Shown: positions 27,364 to 34,147 of the stretch, in pieces
Numbering within the stretch: the stretch's first letter is position 1
How the letters are laid out: every line of letters starts with the position of its first letter
Origin: an uncultured virus (IMG/VR IMGVR_UViG_2706795104_000001)
Lineage: Duplodnaviria > Heunggongvirae > Uroviricota > Caudoviricetes > Herelleviridae
DNA: 64,000 nt
Reading direction: 5' to 3' (one strand)
IMG/VR virus record: IMGVR_UViG_2706795104_000001
Span: 1-64,000 of that record
Position numbers and translations under genes: made by a program
Notes under the pieces: generated by a model
What the model was told of the DNA's origin: nothing
What the model saw: only the letters and a program-made list of their open reading frames with translations
Databases searched by the model: none

Positions 27364-27896
27364 TACTCCTCATCTTCCTCTTCGTCCTCATCATCGCCAG
27401 CTTCACCTATCTCGAATAGATAGTCCTCGTAAGCTTTGATACGATCCTCTAGGAACTTGTCCTTGTCGAAATCTTCATTATCTATTGCCTGAAGATACAA
27501 GTACGGTAGCTCCACGATAAGGTAAGTCATCGCTTCTTCTACTACATCGGCAGAGAACGCAATCCCGTAACGAATGAATTGGTTTATAATCTCGTTCTCG
27601 TATTTATTGTGTAGGTGCTGAATGATAGCTATTTCTGACATATTTACATCCGTTTGAAGATGTGCATAGTCGTAAGCAGTATGTAGCGCATTCACTGTAA
27701 GTACGATTTCGATGTCTGCAACCAACGCATTAAGGAAGGAAGGAACTGGATAGTACTTACCATCCTTCACGATTAAATCTACTAGCAATGTTGAATCCTC
27801 AATCACATCTGTAGCCAAATCACGAATTGCATATGTCTGTACTAAGTCCTTGTAACGATCCAACTCTTTTTCTGTTAATCCAAACATTCTAAGCAC
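27363..27896 (-). CDS. hypothetical protein with acidic tail
   Basis: 177-aa ORF in the terminase operon. Confidence 0.8.
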   Translation of the reverse strand: MLRMFGLTEKELDRYKDLVQTYAIRDLATDVIEDSTLLVDLIVKDGKYYPVPSFLNALVADIEIVLTVNALHTAYDYAHLQTDVNMSEIAIIQHLHNKYENEIINQFIRYGIAFSADVVEEAMTYLIVELPYLYLQAIDNEDFDKDKFLEDRIKAYEDYLFEIGEAGDDEDEEEDEE

Positions 27897-27904
27897 CTAC
27901 CTTT

Positions 27905-28186
27905 TTATGGTCTATGGTCTCGTCCTCTATGACCGTATCGGAGCATCATGATATTCATTAGACTCTGACGGTCTTGTTGTGCTCTAAGCTCTCCTTTACG
28001 GATGATATAGTCATAGGTACTAACCACGATATAAGCTAGTAATGCTCCACACACGATGTAGGATAGAGTAGTGTGTTCAATCGGCAGCCCGTATCTTGTG
28101 GCAAAGTTTGTAATCGAGATAGCTAGTGCTTCTGCCAAGAGAATTAATACGACCTTCATGTAAATCTGTTTGTTATACCCCTTCAT
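27905..28186 (-). CDS. membrane protein
   Basis: Two TM segments. Confidence 0.75.
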   Translation of the reverse strand: MKGYNKQIYMKVVLILLAEALAISITNFATRYGLPIEHTTLSYIVCGALLAYIVVSTYDYIIRKGELRAQQDRQSLMNIMMLRYGHRGRDHRP

Positions 28187-28224
28187 TTCGATAACCCCCG
28201 CTTGAGAAAAATAATTTATACCTT

Positions 28225-28270
28225 TAATATAGAGGATTATCGAAAAAATACACTGTAAAGTCTTATATTA
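28225..28270. promoter_or_regulatory. divergent pair of late-promoter-like YTATATTA motifs
   Basis: TAATATAGAG (reverse) and TCTTATATTA; the same motif precedes portal, protease, capsid and chaperone genes. Confidence 0.55.
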
Positions 28271-28304
28271 ATAGGGATTAATAAAGTGAAGAGGGTGGGA
28301 AGCT

Positions 28305-28610
28305 ATGATACTCCTAGTCATGTCGCTAACCGTTACCCTTATCTTCTATATTATCATTTCGTATATATCGTATATAACTGCGTCTATCCTACACCAGGGG
28401 ATTATGTTTAAGCTACTGTTTCCAACACTTAAAGCTCTTGCATTCATCACACTAGTTTATATCTCTATTATATCAGATACGATCCTGTTCAGGAGTGAGA
28501 TGTACCAAACTATAACTATAAAGAACGGCTTACTACTTGTACTAGTTGCGACTGCCCTTATGAGTAATAGAGAACGAAAGGAGATTCAAGATGAACGTAG
28601 TAGGGAATAA
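28305..28610 (+). CDS. membrane protein (holin candidate)
   Basis: Three TM segments, charged C-terminus. Confidence 0.65.
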   Translation: MILLVMSLTVTLIFYIIISYISYITASILHQGIMFKLLFPTLKALAFITLVYISIISDTILFRSEMYQTITIKNGLLLVLVATALMSNRERKEIQDERSRE

Positions 28611-28947
28611 ACATCAACCAAATTTAAAGGCAGAGTTCCGTGACCTAGTAGGCAATATGATAAACAGTAACAGATCGAGCTACCATATGTACAGCATTCA
28701 CAGGCTATTGTCGTTAGGTCTCCTAATCGACTTTACATTCAAATACATCGAAGCAGAACAGTCTGATTGGGTGAGAATCGAGTTAGACTTACAGGAACAT
28801 GGAAAAGTCGTGTTTGCAATTAATACGGACTCAGAATACGGACAGATAGAGGATGAGGATGGAAAAGAGATATTGGTACATTTCATGGAGAACTACGATA
28901 CTGGGTGCGATAGGATCGAAAAACGAAGAAGTATTTTTGGGATATAA
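28591..28947 (+). CDS. hypothetical protein
   Basis: 118 aa, AAAGGAG RBS. Confidence 0.75.
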   Translation: MNVVGNKHQPNLKAEFRDLVGNMINSNRSSYHMYSIHRLLSLGLLIDFTFKYIEAEQSDWVRIELDLQEHGKVVFAINTDSEYGQIEDEDGKEILVHFMENYDTGCDRIEKRRSIFGI

Positions 28948-28965
28948 CAGAAAGGTGGGGTTTTA

Positions 28966-29286
28966 GTGAACAACCAACAAGTACTCCTTAAACTACAGGA
29001 AATTGAGTCCACGCTCCAAGACCAAGAACATAACACGACAGAACTGAAGAGTGTTGTTGACGAACTTCGAGGGATCGTAAAAGACATCGACAAGAACATG
29101 GCTATCAGTGAAGAAAAACAGTCCCATCTTTTCTATCGAATCGAGCACCTAGAACAAGAACTAGAGCAACTTGAGGAGAAGGGAGAGAAAGGGAGCGACA
29201 GGCAGCAAAAGTTAATCGAAAATGCGCTAATGGTCATTCTTGGAGGACTTATTAGCTACATCTTCAGTTTAGCAAGCAAGCACTAA
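28966..29286 (+). CDS. coiled-coil protein with C-terminal TM helix (XhlA-like lysis accessory candidate)
   Basis: Heptad pattern plus terminal hydrophobic helix. Confidence 0.65.
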   Translation: MNNQQVLLKLQEIESTLQDQEHNTTELKSVVDELRGIVKDIDKNMAISEEKQSHLFYRIEHLEQELEQLEEKGEKGSDRQQKLIENALMVILGGLISYIFSLASKH

Positions 29287-29305
29287 TGAGAGAGGATGAT
29301 AACAA

Positions 29306-29539
29306 GTGGCTAAGTTAAAAACAGTAGAGCTAACAATGATTACAGGTACAAAGGTGTACGTACCACTAGGAGAGTTCAACCTAGGTGGAGTACCTGAAAC
29401 ACCTGACTCAGTAATCGGTAACTACATCAAAGGCAGTCGAGCACCGATGTTACGAGTGTATGCTACAGCAGAATTGACTGGTGATTACTTCTTCGTCAAT
29501 CCGAAGATGATTGTAAGTATGACACCATCGTACGCATAA
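29306..29539 (+). CDS. hypothetical protein
   Basis: 77 aa, GAGAGGA RBS. Confidence 0.7.
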   Translation: MAKLKTVELTMITGTKVYVPLGEFNLGGVPETPDSVIGNYIKGSRAPMLRVYATAELTGDYFFVNPKMIVSMTPSYA

Positions 29540-29540
29540 T

Positions 29541-29574
29541 AAAAAGGAGTGGGTTTCCCCTACTCCTTATTTTT
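29541..29574. terminator. bidirectional terminator
   Basis: AAAAAGGAGT...ACTCCTTATTTTT between convergent genes. Confidence 0.7.
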
Positions 29575-29842
29575 AGTTCTTATTGTATCTACGTCTTTCT
29601 AGCTCCGCAATCTGATCCTGTGGTAAGTCTTCGAATAGCTCTCTGTAGCTAACCCCGAACAAGTCTTCTAATTCCGTAATCTTATTTGGTCTCGGATATT
29701 TATTGCCGTTCTCCCAGTTGCTAACAGTTGTGTAGTCCACTCCTAATTTATCCGCTAAACTGTAAATCGTATGACCTGCATCCATTCTGAACTTCTTCAA
29801 CATTTTTGGTGTCTTCTTCTTAGTTGTTTTCTTTGCTACCAT
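29573..29842 (-). CDS. XRE-family HTH transcriptional regulator
   Basis: LKKFR...LADKLGVDYTTVSNWENG..YP; start at 29842 after AGGGAGG. Confidence 0.9.
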   Translation of the reverse strand: MVAKKTTKKKTPKMLKKFRMDAGHTIYSLADKLGVDYTTVSNWENGNKYPRPNKITELEDLFGVSYRELFEDLPQDQIAELERRRYNKN

Positions 29843-30010
29843 TGTAATCGTACCTCCCTTTGTAGTTTTCTTATTTAATGTAGTAACCGTCATTTGACTC
29901 AACTCCTTCATATTATTTTTTTTTATTTGACGTTTCAATTTGTATTTTATCTTGATTCCATCGTACCACTTTGTTGATTAACTGTCAACAACATTTTAAA
30001 CTTGACCTTG

Positions 30011-30515
30011 CCTATTTTAGTTTACCCTATTTAAATCAAAGCTATTCTGACCCATTTAGAATTTCTGTCATATTTAAAACCCTTGCTATGACTGACTTTA
30101 GAGACTATTTGAACATATTTTTGTCCTATTTAAATTATAACTGGTCTGTATTTATATTATTATATTTATTATTAAGTACTATTATTACTATTAATTATTA
30201 TATAAATTAAATAGGACAAACGTTAAAATTTAAATAGGACATTTTTTATTCATTTTTGACATATTTAAATGGTACTAATTTGACTGTATCTTCAAGTAGT
30301 TCTCTATTTGATGTTACTGTTAAACCTTGATACATATATACTTGAGATAGATTCAAGTTAGAACTACTTTTTATTTGAAGTAGTCAAAAAGTTATAATTA
30401 AATAGGACATAAAATAGAGAAAACATGTACCATTTAAATTATAAGTGGTATGTATATATAATTATATTATTTATAGTTAATGTATTAATAGTAATTATAA
30501 TAAATATTAATATTA
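30011..30515. repeat. AT-rich region with iterated TGT(C/A)C(T/C)ATTTAA motifs in both orientations (candidate replication origin)
   Basis: Copies at 30024, 30122, 30206, 30228, 30263, 30397, 30426 around near-pure A/T tracts. Confidence 0.55.
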
Positions 30516-30592
30516 GGAAGGACGATCCGAAATGGAAATCATCTTCAAATAAAAAATATTTAAAAAAGTTTTAAAAAAGATGGTCTCTAGGG

Positions 30593-30621
30593 TTGTACTA
30601 GGTTACAGTGTGTGCTATAAT
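30593..30621 (+). promoter_or_regulatory. sigmaA-type promoter of the tRNA region
   Basis: TTGTAC-17-TATAAT with extended TG. Confidence 0.7.
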
Positions 30622-30627
30622 CTAATT

Positions 30628-30788
30628 AGGCTTTGATATTTAGTAAGTTCAACCACTCCTTATTGGTTAGGGGGCGTATAACGATCCTGTGGAAGGGTGA
30701 CTTATACTTTAGCTCCTAATTTTCTATCTATCACATAACCTATAGATGTTTCTCCTCCGATTTTCATTTATAGGTTATGTAACTTTTT
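30628..30788 (+). ncRNA. candidate sRNA/leader with C-rich loops
   Basis: Hairpins at 30651-30668 and 30733-30780 (16-bp stem, loop TTTCTCCTCCGATTTT) plus T-tract. Confidence 0.4.
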
Positions 30789-30793
30789 ATTAC

Positions 30794-30882
30794 GGAAGGG
30801 TACTCAAGTTGGTGAAGAGGTCAGTTTGCTAAACTGATAGTACCTATTACAGGTAGCAAGGGTTCGAACCCCTTTCCTTCCA
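30794..30882 (+). tRNA. tRNA-Ser(GCT)
   Basis: Cloverleaf, TCAGT-TTGCTAA-ACTGA, long variable arm, GGTTCGAACC. Confidence 0.9.
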
Positions 30883-30892
30883 TATTTATTGT

Positions 30893-30966
30893 GAGGGTGT
30901 ACCGAAGCGGCTCAACGGCACAGATTGCAACCCTGTTGTTCGTGGGTTCAAATCCCACCATCCTCT
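30893..30966 (+). tRNA. tRNA-Cys(GCA)
   Basis: Cloverleaf, loop TTGCAAC, GGTTCAAATCC. Confidence 0.88.
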
Positions 30967-31011
30967 TACTAGTGTGTTATAATGAATTTATGTTATAATA
31001 TATACTATAAC

Positions 31012-31087
31012 GTGCTTGTAGCTCAGTCGGTAGAGCTGGTGGCTGTTAACCACTGTGTCGTAGGTTCGATTCCTACCTAGCACGCCA
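31012..31087 (+). tRNA. tRNA-Asn(GTT)
   Basis: Loop CTGTTAA, encoded CCA. Confidence 0.92.
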
Positions 31088-31090
31088 AAT

Positions 31091-31165
31091 GGGGCATTGG
31101 TATATTGGCTATTACTCTTGGCTTCCAACCAAGCAAGGTCGGTTCGATTCCGACATGTCCCTCCA
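31091..31165 (+). tRNA. tRNA-Gly(TCC)
   Basis: CTTGG-CTTCCAA-CCAAG, TCCA end. Confidence 0.92.
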
Positions 31166-31169
31166 TAAC

Positions 31170-31243
31170 GGCTCGTTAGTTTAACGGTAAAATACATGAC
31201 TGTCTATCATGGGTCACGGGTTCAACTCCCGTACGGGTCGCCA
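31170..31243 (+). tRNA. tRNA-Asp(GTC)
   Basis: CATGA-CTGTCTA-TCATG, GCCA end. Confidence 0.9.
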
Positions 31244-31252
31244 TTCTATCGT

Positions 31253-31326
31253 GGCGCATTGGTGAAGCGGTTTAACACACTCGGCTTTCTACCGAGGATG
31301 CGTGGGTTCGATCCCCACATGCGCTA
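31253..31326 (+). tRNA. tRNA-Glu(TTC)
   Basis: CTCGG-CTTTCTA-CCGAG. Confidence 0.88.
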
Positions 31327-31329
31327 TAA

Positions 31330-31402
31330 ATCCCTTTAGCCAAGTGGTCAAGGCAGTAGGATTATGTCCTGCGTAGCGGAGGTTCGACTCCTCCAAGGGG
31401 CG
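31330..31402 (+). tRNA. tRNA with TAT anticodon (nominally Ile, AUA-reading)
   Basis: GTAGG-ATTATGT-CCTGC, GGTTCGACTCC; 1-72 mismatch. Confidence 0.7.
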
Positions 31403-31411
31403 CACAATGGT

Positions 31412-31519
31412 TTCCTGTGTATCCGTGCCCAAAACAGGAATATTCACCTAACTATTCGAGTTAGGCTATGGACGTATGAGCCATGCGTTGTGACGGGGCA
31501 ACGATAAAACCCGTCTTTT
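31412..31519 (+). ncRNA. unidentified four-hairpin structured RNA between tRNAs
   Basis: TTCCTGT/ACAGGAA, CCTAACT/AGTTAGG, ATGG/CCAT, GACGGG/CCCGTC. Confidence 0.4.
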
Positions 31520-31523
31520 CTTT

Positions 31524-31597
31524 ACCCCTTTAGCCAAGTGGACTAAGGCAACGGGCTTCTATCCCGAAGATCGTGGGTTCAAATCCTACAGGGGGTG
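31524..31597 (+). tRNA. tRNA-Arg(TCT)
   Basis: Loop CTTCTAT, GGTTCAAATCC. Confidence 0.88.
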
Positions 31598-31599
31598 TA

Positions 31600-31682
31600 A
31601 ACTTAGTCGGGAAGAGTGTCAGGTTAGCACACTTCACCGTAGGTGTTGTAGGTAGGGTTCAAATCCCGTTGTCGGCTAAGTT
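31600..31682 (+). ncRNA. degenerate tRNA-like RNA (pseudo-tRNA) with an 11-bp terminal stem
   Basis: AACTTAGTCGG/TCGGCTAAGTT, D-like arm, GGGTTCAAATCCC T-loop, broken anticodon stem. Confidence 0.5.
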
Positions 31683-31688
31683 AAATAT

Positions 31689-31773
31689 CAGGGAATACTC
31701 AAACGGTTAAGAGGGTAGTCTTGAAAACTACTAGGCGTGAAAGCGTGCGGGGGTTCGAATCCCTCTTCCTCGG
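31689..31773 (+). tRNA. tRNA-Ser(TGA)
   Basis: GTAGT-CTTGAAA-ACTAC, long variable arm. Confidence 0.88.
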
Positions 31774-31808
31774 CTTAAAAAAAAAATTAAAAAACTTTGA
31801 TTATATGC

Positions 31809-31837
31809 TTGCATCAAGTTACAGGCTATGATACAAT
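31809..31837 (+). promoter_or_regulatory. sigmaA-type promoter inside the tRNA cluster
   Basis: TTGCAT-17-TACAAT with extended TG and A-tract UP element. Confidence 0.7.
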
Positions 31838-31854
31838 GATTACAAGTTAAACAT

Positions 31855-31928
31855 TTCGGTGTGGACAAACTGGTAAAGTCGTCAGGCTTTGACCCTGAAG
31901 TTTGGAGGTTCGACCCCTTCCACCGAAG
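31855..31928 (+). tRNA. tRNA-Gln(TTG)
   Basis: TCAGG-CTTTGAC-CCTGA. Confidence 0.9.
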
Positions 31929-32006
31929 TATATCCAAGGTCACACCTTGGAAACTAAGCCTAATAGCCTACAATGGTTAACGTGACCACTTATTAGACTT
32001 AGTTTC

Positions 32007-32080
32007 CAGTGTGTGGTGAAGTGGCTTAACACGGACGACTGTGGATCGTTCATTCGCAGGTTCGAATCCTGTCATGCTGA
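32007..32080 (+). tRNA. tRNA-His(GTG)
   Basis: GACGA-CTGTGGA-TCGTT, GGTTCGAATCC. Confidence 0.85.
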
Positions 32081-32176
32081 TACTTCAATTGATTCCTCCT
32101 ACAGGGATGCGTCCTGAGTAGGTTAAAACTTTTAGGTGCTGAAGTCACTGGGTTATAGGTACCTAGCTCTTATTAC

Positions 32177-32249
32177 GTGGATATAGGCTAGTTGGTCAGT
32201 CACTCCGTTTGGGGCGGAGGTCACGCAGGTTCGACTCCTGCTATCCGCA
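32177..32249 (+). tRNA. tRNA-Pro(TGG)
   Basis: CTCCG-TTTGGGG-CGGAG. Confidence 0.88.
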
Positions 32250-32350
32250 TTTTGTTTATGTTTAGGTTTTTCACGTAGGGTGTTCATCATTAGGAGAAAT
32301 ATAATTTGGGGGATGAACGTTTGATATGGGCTGGCAACCTTACACAATAT

Positions 32351-32425
32351 GGATAGATAGCTGAGATGGATTAGCGAGTGGTTGAAACCCACTAGAGGTT
32401 GGATCGTTACCAACTCTGTCCACCA
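32351..32425 (+). tRNA. tRNA-Phe(GAA)
   Basis: AGTGG-TTGAAAC-CCACT, atypical T-loop ATCGTTA, ACCA end. Confidence 0.82.
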
Positions 32426-32431
32426 AAATAT

Positions 32432-32514
32432 GGGCGTGCAATCATTGGAGAGATAAGCTGACTGTAAATCAGTGGTCATTGACTGTGAAGGTTCGAATCC
32501 TTCCATTCCCACCA
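32432..32514 (+). tRNA. tRNA-Tyr(GTA)
   Basis: GCTGA-CTGTAAA-TCAGT, variable arm, ACCA end. Confidence 0.9.
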
Positions 32515-32515
32515 T

Positions 32516-32602
32516 ATCGGAATGTTGGAATTGGTAGACATAACGGACTTAAAATCCGTTGCTCCTTGGGGCGTGAGGGTTCGAGTCCCTCTTCCGATAC
32601 CA
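32516..32602 (+). tRNA. tRNA-Leu(TAA)
   Basis: ACGGA-CTTAAAA-TCCGT, ACCA end. Confidence 0.92.
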
Positions 32603-32603
32603 T

Positions 32604-32678
32604 ACTAGTGTAGCTCAGAGGTAGAGCAGTGTCTTGATAAGGCATTGGTCGTTGGTTCAATCCCAACCACTAGTACCA
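32604..32678 (+). tRNA. tRNA-Ile(GAT)
   Basis: GTGTC-TTGATAA-GGCAT, ACCA end. Confidence 0.92.
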
Positions 32679-32686
32679 TTTAATAT

Positions 32687-32768
32687 GTCGGAGTGTTGGA
32701 ACTGGTATACATGCGGCACTTAGAATGCCGTGCCTTCGGGATTGAGGGTTCGACTCCCTCCTTCGACA
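32687..32768 (+). tRNA. tRNA-Leu(TAG)
   Basis: CGGCA-CTTAGAA-TGCCG. Confidence 0.9.
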
Positions 32769-32774
32769 TCAAAT

Positions 32775-32826
32775 GCAGAGTGCAATTAACGATTGTCTAT
32801 GAGGTCGTTCCTCACATTCTGCTCCA
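32775..32826 (+). ncRNA. 52-nt mini-tRNA-like RNA with CCA end
   Basis: GCAGAGTG/CATTCTGC acceptor stem plus TCCA; only two small internal hairpins. Confidence 0.6.
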
Positions 32827-32832
32827 TATTAT

Positions 32833-32916
32833 GGGGGAGAGAAACTTAAAGGCAAGAGGTAAGCCAGTGGTCTCCAAAACCACCGTTAAGAGGTTCGATT
32901 CCTCCCTCCCCTGCCA
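32833..32916 (+). tRNA. tRNA-Trp(CCA)
   Basis: GTGGT-CTCCAAA-ACCAC, enlarged D region, GCCA end. Confidence 0.82.
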
Positions 32917-32921
32917 AATAT

Positions 32922-32993
32922 ACGGTTATAGCTCAGTGGTAGAGTGTGGGTCTCATAAGCCCAAGGTCGATGGTTCAATCCCATCTAACCGTA
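32922..32993 (+). tRNA. tRNA-Met/Ile2(CAT)
   Basis: TGGGT-CTCATAA-GCCCA. Confidence 0.88.
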
Positions 32994-33039
32994 TCGCTTT
33001 AGTGTGTTTAAAATTGATAATTTAATAGGGGGAATTGAA

Positions 33040-33669
33040 ATGGAAAAGATGTCAGTTCAACGTGGTTTAATGGAGTTAAAAACTTTAGGTAATCGTATCA
33101 CTCGTGCCACTCAACAACCTTTCGTATCTTTCTACGTAGGTGATAAGGGTGCTCCACAAGGATTCAAGACACCTGAAGAGTTCTCCGCATACGCTCAAGG
33201 TCGTTATGACTCTGCTACGGACTTAATTAAGCGCAGAAACGCAATTAAAGCTGCGATTATCCAGTCTAATGCAGTAACTAAGGTTACTGTAGCAGGAAAG
33301 TCAATGACAGTTGCAGAAGCAATTGACCGTAAGGACTCAATTGTTCACGAGAAAGTTCTCTTACAACAACTGCAATCGCAGTTCAGTGAGATTACTAGAC
33401 GTGTAGTTTCTCAACAACAAGTGTTAGACGCTCGAATTGATAAGGTTTTAGAAGAGGAAGGTGGCAAAGACCGTAAGGTTGATGACGCTGACCACGCTCG
33501 CATTGTAAAAAATGCAGAGTCTCGCTACAAACCAAATCTAGTTGATCCTATCGGTATCCGTAAAGTGATTGAACAGATGGAAGAAGACATTAGCTCATTC
33601 GAGTTAGATGTTGATGCTTCATTATCTGAAATCAACGCTCGTACGGACATCGAGTTCGAAGTGAAATAG
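33040..33669 (+). CDS. DIP1984/DUF6847-like long helical-hairpin protein
   Basis: ATG after GGGGGA; MSV..GL.ELK.L..RI, I..SNA.T.V...G.MTVAEAI..K, D..LSE.NA.T.IE. Confidence 0.75.
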   Translation: MEKMSVQRGLMELKTLGNRITRATQQPFVSFYVGDKGAPQGFKTPEEFSAYAQGRYDSATDLIKRRNAIKAAIIQSNAVTKVTVAGKSMTVAEAIDRKDSIVHEKVLLQQLQSQFSEITRRVVSQQQVLDARIDKVLEEEGGKDRKVDDADHARIVKNAESRYKPNLVDPIGIRKVIEQMEEDISSFELDVDASLSEINARTDIEFEVK

Positions 33670-33703
33670 TAGGTTGACTCCCTCTCTTTGAGAGGGACAA
33701 GCC

Positions 33704-34057
33704 TTTGCTGACACACCGACACTTACCAACCAAATGCGTCCCTTACTAACGATATAGTGAGAAGATACTTTTGACAAATTCGTCAAAACTAAGCGATAGC
33801 CAAAATGGGGCTAATACATATATGGTACCTTCAGTGGAAGGAACAGGTGTAAGAAGCTCAAAGCTAATTGTTCAAAGGTTGACAAGTTAAAAGTTCTTAT
33901 GCGTTCAAAGGTAATAGTTGTACAGGTCAAAGAGGGCAAGATGAGTCTCCATGAATGAGAGACTAGCTCGTAAAGGTCGATAAAATCCACTGTAAAAAGG
34001 TTTGCGAGAGTTCATTTGTGGTCTCCGTAGGTGCCTGGTGGCTGGTGTGGTGGCAAA
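33704..34057 (+). ncRNA. candidate large structured ncRNA with tandem AAAG-core repeats
   Basis: 5'/3' closing helices, several hairpins, possible pseudoknot, no substantial ORF, ends at a terminator. Confidence 0.6.
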
Positions 34058-34066
34058 TAGATGTAA

Positions 34067-34091
34067 GAGACCCTTCGGGGTCTTTTTTTTT
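34067..34091 (+). terminator. intrinsic terminator
   Basis: GAGACCC-TTCG-GGGTCTT plus T-tract. Confidence 0.9.
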
Positions 34092-34147
34092 CGTGTGTAG
34101 AAGTCCTATATTACATTGGTAAGACCAAATGTGAAAGGTGGGACTCT

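Noticed and set aside
29971-30210. 79-aa ORF in the AT-rich block
   Set aside because: No RBS; composition mirrors the A/T tract and repeats
32305-32345. Possible tRNA remnant before tRNA-Phe
   Set aside because: No T-loop or acceptor pairing could be built
30988-33025. ORFs 30988-31197, 31731-31943, 32153-32515, 32469-32666 and 32693-33025
   Set aside because: They overlap tRNA genes; shadow ORFs
33850-33980. AAAG-core repeats as a CRISPR array or ToxI-type repeat antitoxin
   Set aside because: Units are only 8-10 nt, degenerate and irregularly spaced; no cas or ToxN-like gene; the array lies downstream of the gene
33704-34057. Group I intron, RNase P RNA or tmRNA identity for the ncRNA
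   Set aside because: R-like GAGACTA and S-like GATATAGT are in the wrong order and no gene is interrupted; no RNase P core motifs; no tRNA-like 3' end
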